This document shows positions 29,081-41,287 of a stretch of DNA of 64,000 nucleotides, one piece after another (the stretch's first letter is position 1; each line of letters opens with the position of its first letter). A model generated the notes under the pieces. That model was given only the letters and a program-made list of their open reading frames with translations. It searched no databases and was not told the origin of the DNA. The DNA is from Flaccisagitta enflata (Eukaryota). A program made the position numbers and the translations under genes. The stretch covers positions 40,858,001 to 40,922,000 of the forward strand of contig OZ231126.1 of NCBI GenBank assembly GCA_965153355.1. The letters are read 5' to 3'.

Positions 29081-29391
29081 TGTCACCTTGCAGATGCAGC
29101 AAGGACACATTTAAGAAAATTAAAACCAAAAAAAAAAAACACTATATAGTTTATAAATCATAAACAAAGCAATAGGTTGGAAATCAAATAATCAAACCCT
29201 CAAAACTTGGGTATTTCAAGGCTTTGTTATTATAGAATTAGAAATTAACTGCTTCACAATGTGAACTATTCCAAGATTTCCATATCTATGACTGAGAGAC
29301 TGTGGAGGAGAACCTTGGAGATAGAAAGAAAAATTTTAACTACGCAATCAAATTTTAACTTTTTCTTTCTCATCCTCTTCCCCAAACCAAC

Positions 29392-29648
29392 AAACAAGTG
29401 ACGCGGGGTCACAATATCGTTGCGGACGGGTGGGCAGGGGCATCCAACCCCCATCCACACCCCAACCCACCTGCACACTCAAACATACAGAAAAAGTGTC
29501 GAAAACGCTTGTTTTCCCACTTTTCAACTCAATCACCAAGACCGACGGACGGACGGACGGACTAACGGACGGACCAACGGACGGACGGACGGACCAACGG
29601 ACGGACGGAAAAGCCTCTTATAGAGTTGCGTGTCCGCAACTAAAAAAA
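29392..29648 (-). mobile_element. HINE-like element, family G; a diverged copy lies at ~57385-57570
   Basis: Palindrome agttgcgtgtccgcaact, (GGAC)n, subTIR gttgcgga, hairpin gtgacgcggggtcac. Confidence 0.7.
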
Positions 29649-30141
29649 ATCCCCAATAGAGAGGCGGTCGTTGTCAGTTTGCTTTGTCAGTGGTGACCTT
29701 GAAGGCTATATTTTTAACACTCAAGAAAATTGCTTCACTTCTCAAACAAAGCAGGTAAGAGTTAGAGATTATTGAAAGTTAACTCTTGTTTTAGTAATTC
29801 GAATCTAGTTTTAGAAAAAAAAACAATCCTTCAGCCGGTCTTTAATTTGACTAATTCACTGTTTGACAAACTTTTTCACTCACAGATGAAAATGGTTGCA
29901 TAACGATAATCTGCCCATGAAAACAGCGAAGGTGCAAAAAAGAATCACAGTTTTTATATACAAAAGATTTCCTTTTATATTCCCGTTCTTTCAGCGCAAT
30001 TTCATATACGCAGATGCAACATATCACTTTTTCTTTCCTTTGACAGTTTGTGATCCAAAAAAGCGAGAATTGTCATTTAAAAATATTGACGAAAACCGGC
30101 TAAAGCCAAATAACCATGTTATCAGTGCACAACAGAAGAGG

Positions 30142-30356
<215 letters not shown>

Positions 30357-30504
30357 TTTTTTTAATGACTATGTTCCCAATCACGTTCTTGCCTCTCGTA
30401 AGACGACAGAGCCCCTAATCGAGTCTTCTCAGTTGAGTGTAGGGAGTAGACCATTGGAGAATGCGGTGGGAATGCGTGGTGGGTGTAAAGATGGATAGAC
30501 ACTA

Positions 30505-31266
30505 CCCTGCTTTCAATATCGAGTGTTACCAGCAAAACCTTTATTGCGTCTGAAGTATTCATTTTTGGAAATTCAGATTGGATTTGCCAAAAAGCATATA
30601 ACCTACCATTTGTTCATGCAAAATTTCATTAAGCTGGGTCTAGCGGTTTATCGTCCATATGTTTTTGAAATTTGGCAAAATTTAAGCAAAATTTAACAAA
30701 AATACACATTTTCGAGCAATTTTGAGTCTATTAACCTTCATAAACTTTACACATTATGAGCTTGAATGATCAAATAAGTCATGTTTGGTCAATAATTGAC
30801 ACTTACTTTGTAGCATTTTAATTTGTCACCATTTTTTAAGAAATTTTGGTGCTGAAATACAGTTGTTGTTATTTGAATCCTGCTCAAACTCCAAAAAATC
30901 AGAGGAAAACCTAGATTTTCCTCCATAATTTCAATGATTTGGTCTTTTTCAACAGAAATACGTAAACTGAGACTAATATCCTTCTTTCAAGACAAATTTG
31001 GCCATATTTGCTTGATTCGTTGAGAAATGACAATGATTTAAGTCACTGTGTCAATTAATCTATTTATAAAGAATCCTCTCATAGAGTTTATCCCACTTTC
31101 ATTCTAAATCATGTGGAAGCAAAATGGCTTGAGCTAGTCCTTTGAAATTTTGCATGAACAAATGGTAGGTTATATGCTTTGTGGCAAATCCAATCTGAAT
31201 TTCTAAAAATAAATGCTTCGGACGCAACAAAGGTTTTGCTGGTAACACTCGATATTGAAAGCAGGG
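30505..31266. mobile_element. Non-autonomous DNA transposon with ~125-150-bp TIRs and a TA TSD
   Basis: TA-ccctgctttcaatatcgagtgttaccagcaaaacctt at the left and aaggttttgctggtaacactcgatattgaaagcaggg-TA at the right. Confidence 0.9.
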
Positions 31267-31459
31267 TAAATAGATTGGGCAGAAAATGAGGACGTAAGGG
31301 GAAAAAGAAGAAGAAGCGGAGAGATAAGGCAAAGGACATAGAGGGGGGGGAAAAGAATTGATTGGCTGAGTGTTGGCTGTGTGACTCACTCCTATGTGGA
31401 CAAGTTGAGAGTTCGTTTGTCACAAATTAAGGACAGTGACAATAAAAAGTCAGTGGGAG

Positions 31460-31792
<333 letters not shown>

Positions 31793-33549
31793 AAAACAAA
31801 GAGAAGATAATGGTTAAAAAGCAAATAGATAGGACGTAACAAAACAGGAAGAGTGAAAATGTGTCTGTGTCAAAGGATTAAATAAGCAACGAAGGTCAAA
31901 TGATATGTGAAAATATTTGTTCTCGTTGAAATCACTCGACTAGACCACACTTAAGTTGTGGCTTCTACTATTCCATCATTTCTGCTTCTCATTTTCGATG
32001 AGGGACAATGGGAACTGCTGACAGTCTGACGCGTTTGTATTTGTAACTATTTTACACTAGCTAAAACGGGACTTACAATATAAACAAAACGGGACTTACA
32101 ATATTTCCTGAAGCTGCCTTTAAAGTGCTGCCTGCGCCAGATCCTATCACCAGGAATGGTAAGTATCTATTGCAATATCACTCTCAAATCACCATATCAT
32201 CACCATTTTACTTACACAGGGCAACCAATTCCACCATCAAAAAATTAAGTCAGCGTTTATATCTGCTCTACTTGTATTTCATTTCACCATTCAGTCGATT
32301 CATGGCCAAATTGTGACTAATTCGGTTTGCTGGTGAAAAATGTGATGCATTTCACCAGAAGGCAGCTTAAAAGGCGGTCTGAGAGTTAATGGATCATCGC
32401 GGAGAGAAAAAGACAGAGACGTGGAAATCAAAGGAAAATGAGACAAAGATGGAGACATACAAATTAGAAGAAACACGCTAAAATGCGATTGGGGAGTAAA
32501 TGGATCATCGCAAAGTGCAATCGCCCAAAAAGTCGGCGCGATAATTGAGGCGTGTCTGAGAGGCGGTGCGAAGAGCGTATGTGATAAGTGACTACGCTGA
32601 GGCGCCATTGTAGCGCATCAAAGTCTGACTTGATGAGAAAATTCTTTATTGCGCAGTTGTAACAAAGTAAAAGTCTGATGTAACTAAGGGACTCTGATGG
32701 AAGAAGGTTATGAAACTCTTTTTAGGCTATCCTCGACCTAGTTAGCCTTGCAACATTGTTAACTTAATCCTTGTGTGCTTCTATATCGAAATGAAAATTC
32801 AAGGATTTCTATGACGTCTGGAGTAAGTGATTATTAGTCAAATTTGGTCAATGACCAATTTTGTGAACATTGTGATATTGTTTGGACATATTGGAGCCCA
32901 GCATAAACTATTATGTTGATTCTCAATATGACAAGCAACTCTGTATGTTGGCCTTCTTATTCTGAAATGATAAACAAATATTTGGGTGTGGTGAATCAAC
33001 ATATGACACCCTTTTTCAATGTAGCGGAGAGAAGACTAAAACGCCGTGATAACATTGTTATGAAGAAAAAAACATATAACCCAACCCTTTCCTCCGAGCA
33101 GAAAAATAACATAGCGGAGTTTGAGAAAAAAAAGATCAGTGCAGCGTTTTATGATCGCTTAACCTTAGGCCTGAGGACAGTCGTGAAACTTGGGGCTGCG
33201 GTCTAAAATTGAAAGCAAAAACTGATGAAAAAAACGATAGGAGGAATGATAATAAAAGGAAGTGGAAGAGGCAAGGATGAGGCAGAAACTGTAAAAGGGT
33301 CAGAAAGGAAAAAACGAAGCGGATAAAAACAGGATGACAGTTGAAAGGAAGATGGGGAAGACAAGGTGAAAGAGGAGCAGAAGCAGATAAAAGAGGAAGA
33401 GACTGAAACAGATGAGATGGACAAAAGGAGGAAAAAGAGGAGGAAGAAGAGGATAGGATTTTGTGACAGGTTGGAGGTATAAAAGGCGACTAGAAATAAA
33501 TAGGCAGGAGGGAATATTCTTAATGCGTTGAGGAAATGAGAACCAACGG

Positions 33550-34790
33550 CTCTCCGTCACAACAACGGATGCACCTTCTAGCATGGGTATTAAGTCGGAA
33601 TGGAAAGAAAAGAGAGTTGAATGAAGGGAGGGTAATAGAAGCAAAGGTAATCTGTCAAGACAACAGATGGACCTTCTAGCTTGGGTATTAAGCGGGAAGG
33701 AAAGAGAGGTAATTGAAGGGAGGACAATAGAAGCCAAGGTACTCTGTCACGATAACAGATGGACCTTCTAGCTTGGGTATTAAGCAGGAAGAAAATAGAG
33801 TTGAATGAAGGGAGGGCAATAGAAGCAAAGGTACTCTGTCACGACAACAGATGGACCTTCTAGCTTGGGTATTAAGCGGGAAGGAAAGAGAGGTAAATGA
33901 AGGGAGGGCAATAGAAGCAAAGGTACTCTGTCACAACAACAGATGGACCTTCTAGCTTGGGTATTAAGCAGGAAGGAAAGAGAGGTAAATGAAGGGAGGG
34001 CAATAGAAGCAAAGGTAATCTGTCACGACAACAGATGGACCTTGTAGCTTGGGTATTAAGCGGGAAGGAAAGAGAGGTAATTGAAGGGAGGGCAATAGAA
34101 GCAAAGGTACTCTGTCACAACAACAGATGGACCCTCTAGCGTTGGTAATAAGTCGACGAGGTCATGACGTAAGAAGAGGTATATGGAGAGTACTGTTAGA
34201 AGCAATGGTACTCAGTCACAACAACAGACTGAACTCCTGGCATGAGAATAAAGTAAGAGAGGGCACAATGTAAGAAAGAGAAGTAAATGGAGAGGGGAGC
34301 TTAAAAGCAAAGGCAATTCATCACAAACAACTAATTGACCTTCAAGCATGGATACTATGGCGAAGAGGGCAGGTTTTTAGAAAAAGAGAAAGGGAGGCAT
34401 TAGAAGCAAAGGTACACCGTCACAACAAGCATAAGTAATAAGGCGAAGAGGACAGCATATGAGAGAGGGGTAAATGGAGAGAACTAAGAAGGCATAAAAA
34501 GGTACTCTGTCACAACAACAGATGGACCCTAAAGGCAAAGAAGGATGGATATGAGAAAGGAGGGAAAATGGAGAGAAGGCTTTAGAAGCAAAAGCACGCC
34601 TTCAAAACGACTGATGGACCTTCAGACTGGGTATTAAGACGAAGAGGGCAAGATATGAGAAAGAGAGGTAAATGGAGAGGGGGCGTTATGAGCAAAGACA
34701 CCCGTCACAACAGCAGGTGGACCTCCTGACTTGGGAATCAAAATGTAAGAGAGCAAAAGAAGCAAAGGCACTCAGTCACAAGAGCAGTTG
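33550..34790. repeat. ~92-bp minisatellite: about 6 homogeneous units, then longer diverged units
   Basis: Recurrent ctctgtcac..acaacagatggaccttctagcttgggtattaagc..gcaatagaagcaaaggta. Confidence 0.9.
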
Positions 34791-34960
34791 CAAACAGAGA
34801 TTTCCCTTGGAATAGGGAGAGTAAGATGAGATGTGAAGGATGAGAAAAAGAGAAGCAAATGAAGAGATGAAAGAGAACGCGATAGGGAGTCAAAGGAAGA
34901 AACAACCGACAGATCACATGTCAAATAGTAAGGAAAGGAATGCGTGCGTTAGAAGGCACA

Positions 34961-34962
34961 AA

Positions 34963-35008
<46 letters not shown>

Positions 35009-35320
35009 AGAAGAAGAAGAAAAAGAAAAAGAAAAAGAAAAAGAAAAAGAAGAAGAAGAAGAAGAAGAAGAAGAAGAAGAAGAAGAAGAAGAAGAAGAAG
35101 AAAAAGAAAAAGATGAAGAGGAAAAACAAGAAGAACAAGAAGAACAAGGAGAACAAGAAGAACAAGAAGAACAAGAAGAAGAAGAAGAAGAAGAAGAAGA
35201 AGAAGAAGGAGAAGAAGAAGAAGAAGAAGAAGAAGAAGAGGAGAGGAAGAAGAAGAAGAAGAAGAAGAAGAAGAAGAAGAAGAAGAAGAAGAAGAAGAAG
35301 AAGAAGAAGAAGAAGAAGAA
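34961..35320. repeat. (GAA)n tract
   Basis: Direct inspection. Confidence 0.96.
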
Positions 35321-35857
35321 TGACGATAGAAAGAAGGGAAGGGGGAATCTGAGAAAGCATGTCTTTGCTACAAGACGCGTTGGACCCCCTTGGTCATCAA
35401 AAGAGAAGAAAGCACGATAAGAGGATTGGAAACGCAAAGTTTGCTGGAAAAGAAGAAAAGAGGAATTAGAGGCAATGGCGCTTTTGTCAGAACAAAAGCA
35501 CGGAAAGTGCGAGATTTGCAAAAGGAAGTTGGATGAGGAGAGAAGAAAAGAAGAACGAATAAAGTCGGGAATGACCATTCATCTGGTTATAAAGGAGATT
35601 AAATAGAAATGACGAAGGATGAGCCCTGTGGAGGAAAGGGAGGAGGAAATAAAAACATGGCCGGATACACGGCACCAAAGTCCGGGACGGTTAGACAGGG
35701 GCATTAATAGAAAACAAGTCACAATTCGGGACTCTGACGGACCCACCGACGGACCAAAACGGCAAAGTGTTGAGTCGCGAATCCGCGTCTAAAAACAAAG
35801 AATGAATTAAGAGACAAAAACAGGAGAAAATGAAGAGACATAACGAGACAAAGAGAA

Positions 35858-36045
35858 AAACAAGGCCGGATACATGGCTACCCCAGTCGCGTGCGGGTGG
35901 GCAGGGACCATATTTGAGGTCACCAGACTATTTGGGCAGGAGCAGTAGGGTCAAAGAATAAAGAGCATAAAAAAAAAATGAAATATGACCGACTGACAGA
36001 CAGACAGACCGACCGACAAAGCGGGGTGTAGAGTCGCGTAGCACA
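35858..36045 (-). mobile_element. Family A HINE, next to a family B copy at ~36086-36460
   Basis: Homology to 3435-3633. Confidence 0.7.
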
Positions 36046-36538
36046 ATGAGAACAATGAGTAGAGAGACAAAGACGCGCAGGTAGAAACAGTCATCCAAGG
36101 ATTGCACATGGTCAGCGGTATCCGTTGCCTTGCTCAATTGTGTCAGCAATGAAGTATGGACAGTAGGGTAAAACTTGGGCAGTGGTTCCAAAGGACCTGA
36201 TGTCCTATCAAACACAGGGGTGAAACTTCATAGGTACGCGTACGCCAGGATGGGCCGGATGGGCCACGGATAGAAGGCTTTGAATACGTTTGAAAGGTCG
36301 AAATGAAGCTAGAGGAAAGTTGATAACAGGCTCGAAAGGGATAATTTCAGGTCTTTGAGGACTGATTTTTTAAGAGATAATTTCCGGCCTCAGAGGCTGA
36401 TTTCATATCTCAGGAGCTGATTTCAAGCCTTTGAGGGCTAGATTGAGGCCACTGCCCTAAAAGGAAAAATGGACAGAAAAATGGACAAAAAAGAAATAAG
36501 AAAAATGGAAAAACTAAAATTCATCATGATACAATATA

Positions 36539-37123
36539 ACACCCCTGACAAAATTAGGCGAACTGGGGTTGAATTTCATGTATTTGAGCCTGACAAAGTG
36601 ATTTAAATGGTACTTTGGGATATGTGCATATGGACTAAGGTAAATTCCGTCCAAGTTCAGCCAAAATTACCAAAAAGAATAAGTTGAAATCATATTTTAT
36701 AGCCATTCTCTGATAAAAAGACAGTTCCACTTTGTCCATTATTACCAAGTTTCTTATTGGACATTTTTTTAGCCTCAACGGCTGCCCCTGCCCATTTCTT
36801 TGACCTCCTCTCTTGGTTTTATCTACAGAATGAGTTTTTAGCCATCAAAGGCCAAAAAACTTGAGTATAGGCCGCGAAAAACAGCTGTAGGGTTGTGCCA
36901 TCTTTTTGTAAAAATATTTCTGGGAAAATCCGTCACAATCTGATTTGCCATTTCTGACTTATCACCTTCTCAGCCTTCTACCACTGAATAATCCCCGTAT
37001 GTTGCTCTGCTATGTTAAAATATGACATTTTAGCTATCTCTATATCAAATCTTGCAGAGCTTGGGCCAATATTTCACCCTCTAGGTTATATGTTCCCAGT
37101 TCGCCTAATTATGTCAGGGGTGT
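36539..37123. mobile_element. MITE with ~29-bp TIRs (ACACC termini) and a TA TSD
   Basis: TA-acacccctgacaaaattaggcgaactggg / cccagttcgcctaattatgtcaggggtgt-TA. Confidence 0.85.
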
Positions 37124-37571
37124 TATAATGATAATGATAGAGAGAGAAAATGGGATTTATTGGAAGGACCAAAAGGACGATTTGGATGGGGTCACCATCC
37201 CTACACCCTACTTACAGCAATTTTCACGATTTGAGACAAATAGACAATGCAGTCCCATCAGTTTTTAAAAGAATCCAACTATGTACATATTTTCTTTTCT
37301 TTTTTTCCATTTGTTCGGCAATCATTCAGAAATTAAAGGAAGAGCTTAGTAAGTTTTTAAAAAGAAAAAAGGTTATATGTATGTGCATATTTTCCTTTCC
37401 TTTTTTTTTTTTTTTTGTTTGGTCATCATTCATAAAAATAATATGAAGAGCTTAGCAGTCAGCTTTTCCCATAGAATCAGTCCTTTCTGGATCAGATACA
37501 ACCCAGGCGCAGAGCAAAATCAAGTGAATTTCATCCCTTCACAATTTGGCATTTTGGTGCATATAGATTTG

Positions 37572-37776
37572 ACAGCAGATCTACGTATTGATTACGTTCA
37601 AAGAGTGTAGATTTACAGTTCTACAAGAAGTACTAAAAGAGAGTTCAACTTAAGAAAAGGTGAATAAATAAGTACAGCAGATCTACGTATTAATACGTAT
37701 AAAGAATGGAAAGATGACAATTCTGCTAGAGGTACTAAAAGAAAGTTCAACATAGGAAAAGGTGAATAAATAAGTA
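37572..37776. repeat. ~102-bp tandem duplication
   Basis: acagcagatctacgtatt..gaaaaggtgaataaataagta occurs twice. Confidence 0.85.
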
Positions 37777-37831
37777 GCCACCCCCCCCCTTTGAAGGACC
37801 GACTCTATGGGATTGACTTTGGCCGTGGACT

Positions 37832-37991
<160 letters not shown>

Positions 37992-37993
37992 AA

Positions 37994-38157
37994 GTTGTTA
38001 CGTTGTTGGCGGTTGGTATGCAGTAGTAGGGGTTGTTTTTTCGTCTGACTCTTCCCCCGCAGATCCTTACCCAAAGTAGTCTATATAAATAGTACTGAAT
38101 TTGGGGGGATCTGGCTAAGAATGGAATTAGCAAGGAGATGAGGCAGTTGTCATTGTG
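37994..38157 (-). mobile_element. Second, diverged copy of the LINE 3' UTR
   Basis: Colinear with 38186-38347 (ttgttacgttgtt...ggcagttgtcattgtg), with scattered substitutions. Confidence 0.9.
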
Positions 38158-38377
38158 GGGGATGGAGGCAGACAGACAGACAGAATTGTTACGTTGTTAA
38201 CAGTTGGTATGCAGTAGTGGGAGTTGTTTCTCGTCTGACTTCTCCCCCACAGATCCTTACCCAGCGTAGTCTATGTAAATAGTACTGTAGCTGGGGGGAT
38301 CTGGCTAAGAATGTAACTAGCAAGGAGATAAGGCAGTTGTCATTGTGTCTAGGCGTCAATATTCTAAATAGGATGAG

Positions 38378-41287
38378 TCACAGATGATTTTGAGTAGGAG
38401 TTGGAGGAAGATTTGGTGGGCGCTGTGCAGGCAGGATAACATCTAGAGGGCTGCGGTGGGACCGATAGATGACTTTTTGATCCTTTGATGTACTTGCGCG
38501 AACTAGCTGGATCACTTCTGCCTCTCTTTCACTGATCAATTTGCCCAAAACCGGGTTCCCAACTTTCATCTTGGTCACCATTTTGGAGCTCAGCTGCAGC
38601 AGACGGACCTTTATCATTGGCAGACAGGCACTTTCATGCAATATCTTCAGGCTGACATATCTGGGCAGACGGAGGCAGGTACGGATGGCCCGATTTTGAA
38701 TTTTCTGCATTATGTCAAGTGTACTATCTGGGGAGTGGACAAAACAAACAGACCCATATTCAAAGATTGACCTGATATAAACTTTGTAAAGTCGGATGAG
38801 GATCTTTGGATCGGTCCCACCCCATGCCAATATTCTAAGGATATTCAGTCTTTTTTCTGCTCTTTGAGATAAAGCTTGAATATGATCCTTGAAATTGAGA
38901 GTTGAATTAATCTCAACACCAAGAAATTTTGCCTTAGATACCGGCCTCACTACATCATTGAAAAGGAGGATTGCTAGGTTTTCATCTAGCTTTCCCCGTT
39001 TCTTACTCAGAATGACCAAATTTGATTTGTCTCCGTTTAATTTTACCCGCCACTTACGGCACCATCCTTCAATAGCATCCACGGCCCTTTGAATCTTTCG
39101 GACAGCCAGCAACTCGGTCCTGGCACTGCCACATATGGCAATGTCATCTGCAAACTGATAGTGGCCTGTACCCGTGTCTTCTCCTGTGGGTAGGTCATTC
39201 ACAGATATGATGTAGATGAGTGGGGACAGGCAGCTCCCTTGGGGTGTCCCAGCCCTTAGGTTGACAACTTTAGAGAAGAGCCCTGTTTCAAAGACTTGTA
39301 GTGTTCGATCAGTGAGGAAAGAGCTAAGAACTCTGACTATCCTGTCTGGCAAGCCTAGTGAGTTTTTCAATTTGTACCTGATACCATCGTGCCAGCATTT
39401 GTCAAAGGCTGCCTCTGCATCTAGAAACAAACTAGCTGTTACTTCACCTTCTCTGAAACCTTTATGGCTCTCCTCAACAAGTCTCAACAGATGGTCAGAA
39501 CTCATTTTACCTTTTCTGTAACCACTTTGGTTTTTATTGAATATGCCTTTGGACTCAAGAAAATTACTTAGCCTGCCTGCCAGCAGTCTCTCAAATAGTT
39601 TTCCTAAGCAGGATAAGAGGGATATAGGTCGGTAATTTTTTGCCTGGGATAAATCTTTCCCAGGCTTAGGCACCATTATGGTCTTGGCATGCTTCCAGAC
39701 CTTAGGAAAGTATCCTATCTTTATACAGGCCCCAAAGAACTTCGTTATGTAGGCCAGATAAGAGGGAGGAACCTTCTTTAGGAGGTTGTAGCCAATGCCA
39801 TCATGGCCAGCAGCTGACTTAGTTTTACATTTCCTAAGGTGGTCGGCCACCTCTTCCACTGTAGGTTGAGTCACCAGTGGAGAGTCATCCCCCTCTTCAG
39901 GCTCCAGATATTTGGCGATGGGGTTAGTATTGAAAGCTATATCGTTTTGCCTTATATATCTTTCCACACTTATTTTCCAGCCATCATCAAATCCCACAAA
40001 TTCTGGAGTCTGATGCACTCGTTCCAATCTATTTGCAAAGAGTTCTATCCTTTCTGCAGCCGTGCTAGCTATGTTCCCTAACTCATCTTGAATTGTTTTT
40101 GTGTGGACAGTTGTCCCGTCTTCATCACAAGTCAGTCTTTTAACTGATTGGAAGAACTTGCGGGGATCAGATTCTTTGGCAAGTTTACTGCAGGCTGCCT
40201 CATGTCTGACTCTTTGCTCTAGCTTTTGATGTTTCTTTATCTGGTTACCAACCAGGTTGCATTCTCTCTGAATGTTTTGAGCAGTGAGTAGGTCGCCCCT
40301 TGCCATTGCAGCGCTCTTCTCTCTGCGTAATTTTCTTTTTCTTTTTATCAGTGCCAATATCTCCTTTGATACTGGCCTGGTTTTGGTCTTTTTCTCCCTC
40401 AATGGGCATGAGGCTTCAAAGGCCTCTTTTACCACATTAGGAAGGTCATTAGCTATTCTGTCTAGTTCAGTGGCTGTCTCAAAGTTCACAGGGAGAGAGC
40501 CAACCTTGTTGTTGATGAGTTCTTTGAATCGAGTGCAGTCCATTTGAGAGACATTGCGGTAGAAGATTGGATTGTCAGGTTGGGGGTTGCCAAAGGTTAG
40601 TTCGCAATGCAGGGGCAGATGGTCTGACCCGACATCATTGCCAACAAAAAATTCAGGTTTCATATCTACTGCGGCTGAATTGCCAATTATTAAATCGAGT
40701 ACCTCTTCTTTTCCATTCCTTGGATCAATGCGTGTTTTGGACCCATCATTCAAAACAATCCAATCCTGGTCATCAAGGACATCTAAGAGGTCTGAGCCTG
40801 GGGTATCGGTTGAATTGGATCCCCAAGCAAGGTTTTTGCAATTCAGGTCACCCGTAAAAATAGTAGCTGAATTTCTATATAAAGAATTTTGAAATATGCT
40901 AGGGTTGATCCTATTTCCTGGCGGGTTATAAAAAGTAACTATCTTAAGACTCGGTCGATCTTTGTTTCCTTTAATCTCAATCCCGATTATTTCTTCCTGA
41001 AATTGAGATTTAAAAAATTCTAGTTCAACCACATCCTTTATAGTTTCTTTGACCAGGATCAAACTGCCGTGTTTCCCACTCATACCAATAGGTTCTCTTC
41101 TTGCAGCACAATAGTAACCTTTAATTTTAATATTTTTATCTTTATTCAACATAGTCTCATTTATGGTTACTACCTCTGGGTGATTGTGTTCACTCAGATA
41201 GTGCTCAAGATTTTCTTTATTTGCCCTAACACCCCGGATATTTAAATGGATAATCCTATATTGATACAAGATTTGATTAAAATTCAT
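38378..41287 (-). CDS. ORF2: apurinic-like endonuclease plus reverse transcriptase (969 aa), no RNase H evident
   Basis: APE motifs HLNIRG, INET, GDLN, LDL, SDH. RT motifs NYRPISLL, FLDAEAAFD, GTPQGSCLSP, QFADD, KFLGV. Confidence 0.97.
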   Translation of the reverse strand: MNFNQILYQYRIIHLNIRGVRANKENLEHYLSEHNHPEVVTINETMLNKDKNIKIKGYYCAARREPIGMSGKHGSLILVKETIKDVVELEFFKSQFQEEIIGIEIKGNKDRPSLKIVTFYNPPGNRINPSIFQNSLYRNSATIFTGDLNCKNLAWGSNSTDTPGSDLLDVLDDQDWIVLNDGSKTRIDPRNGKEEVLDLIIGNSAAVDMKPEFFVGNDVGSDHLPLHCELTFGNPQPDNPIFYRNVSQMDCTRFKELINNKVGSLPVNFETATELDRIANDLPNVVKEAFEASCPLREKKTKTRPVSKEILALIKRKRKLRREKSAAMARGDLLTAQNIQRECNLVGNQIKKHQKLEQRVRHEAACSKLAKESDPRKFFQSVKRLTCDEDGTTVHTKTIQDELGNIASTAAERIELFANRLERVHQTPEFVGFDDGWKISVERYIRQNDIAFNTNPIAKYLEPEEGDDSPLVTQPTVEEVADHLRKCKTKSAAGHDGIGYNLLKKVPPSYLAYITKFFGACIKIGYFPKVWKHAKTIMVPKPGKDLSQAKNYRPISLLSCLGKLFERLLAGRLSNFLESKGIFNKNQSGYRKGKMSSDHLLRLVEESHKGFREGEVTASLFLDAEAAFDKCWHDGIRYKLKNSLGLPDRIVRVLSSFLTDRTLQVFETGLFSKVVNLRAGTPQGSCLSPLIYIISVNDLPTGEDTGTGHYQFADDIAICGSARTELLAVRKIQRAVDAIEGWCRKWRVKLNGDKSNLVILSKKRGKLDENLAILLFNDVVRPVSKAKFLGVEINSTLNFKDHIQALSQRAEKRLNILRILAWGGTDPKILIRLYKVYIRSIFEYGSVCFVHSPDSTLDIMQKIQNRAIRTCLRLPRYVSLKILHESACLPMIKVRLLQLSSKMVTKMKVGNPVLGKLISEREAEVIQLVRASTSKDQKVIYRSHRSPLDVILPAQRPPNLPPTPTQNHL

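Noticed and set aside
33550-34790. CRISPR array or hammerhead-containing satellite (retrozyme)
   Set aside because: Whole units repeat, and I found no CTGANGA...GAAA core with flanking stems.
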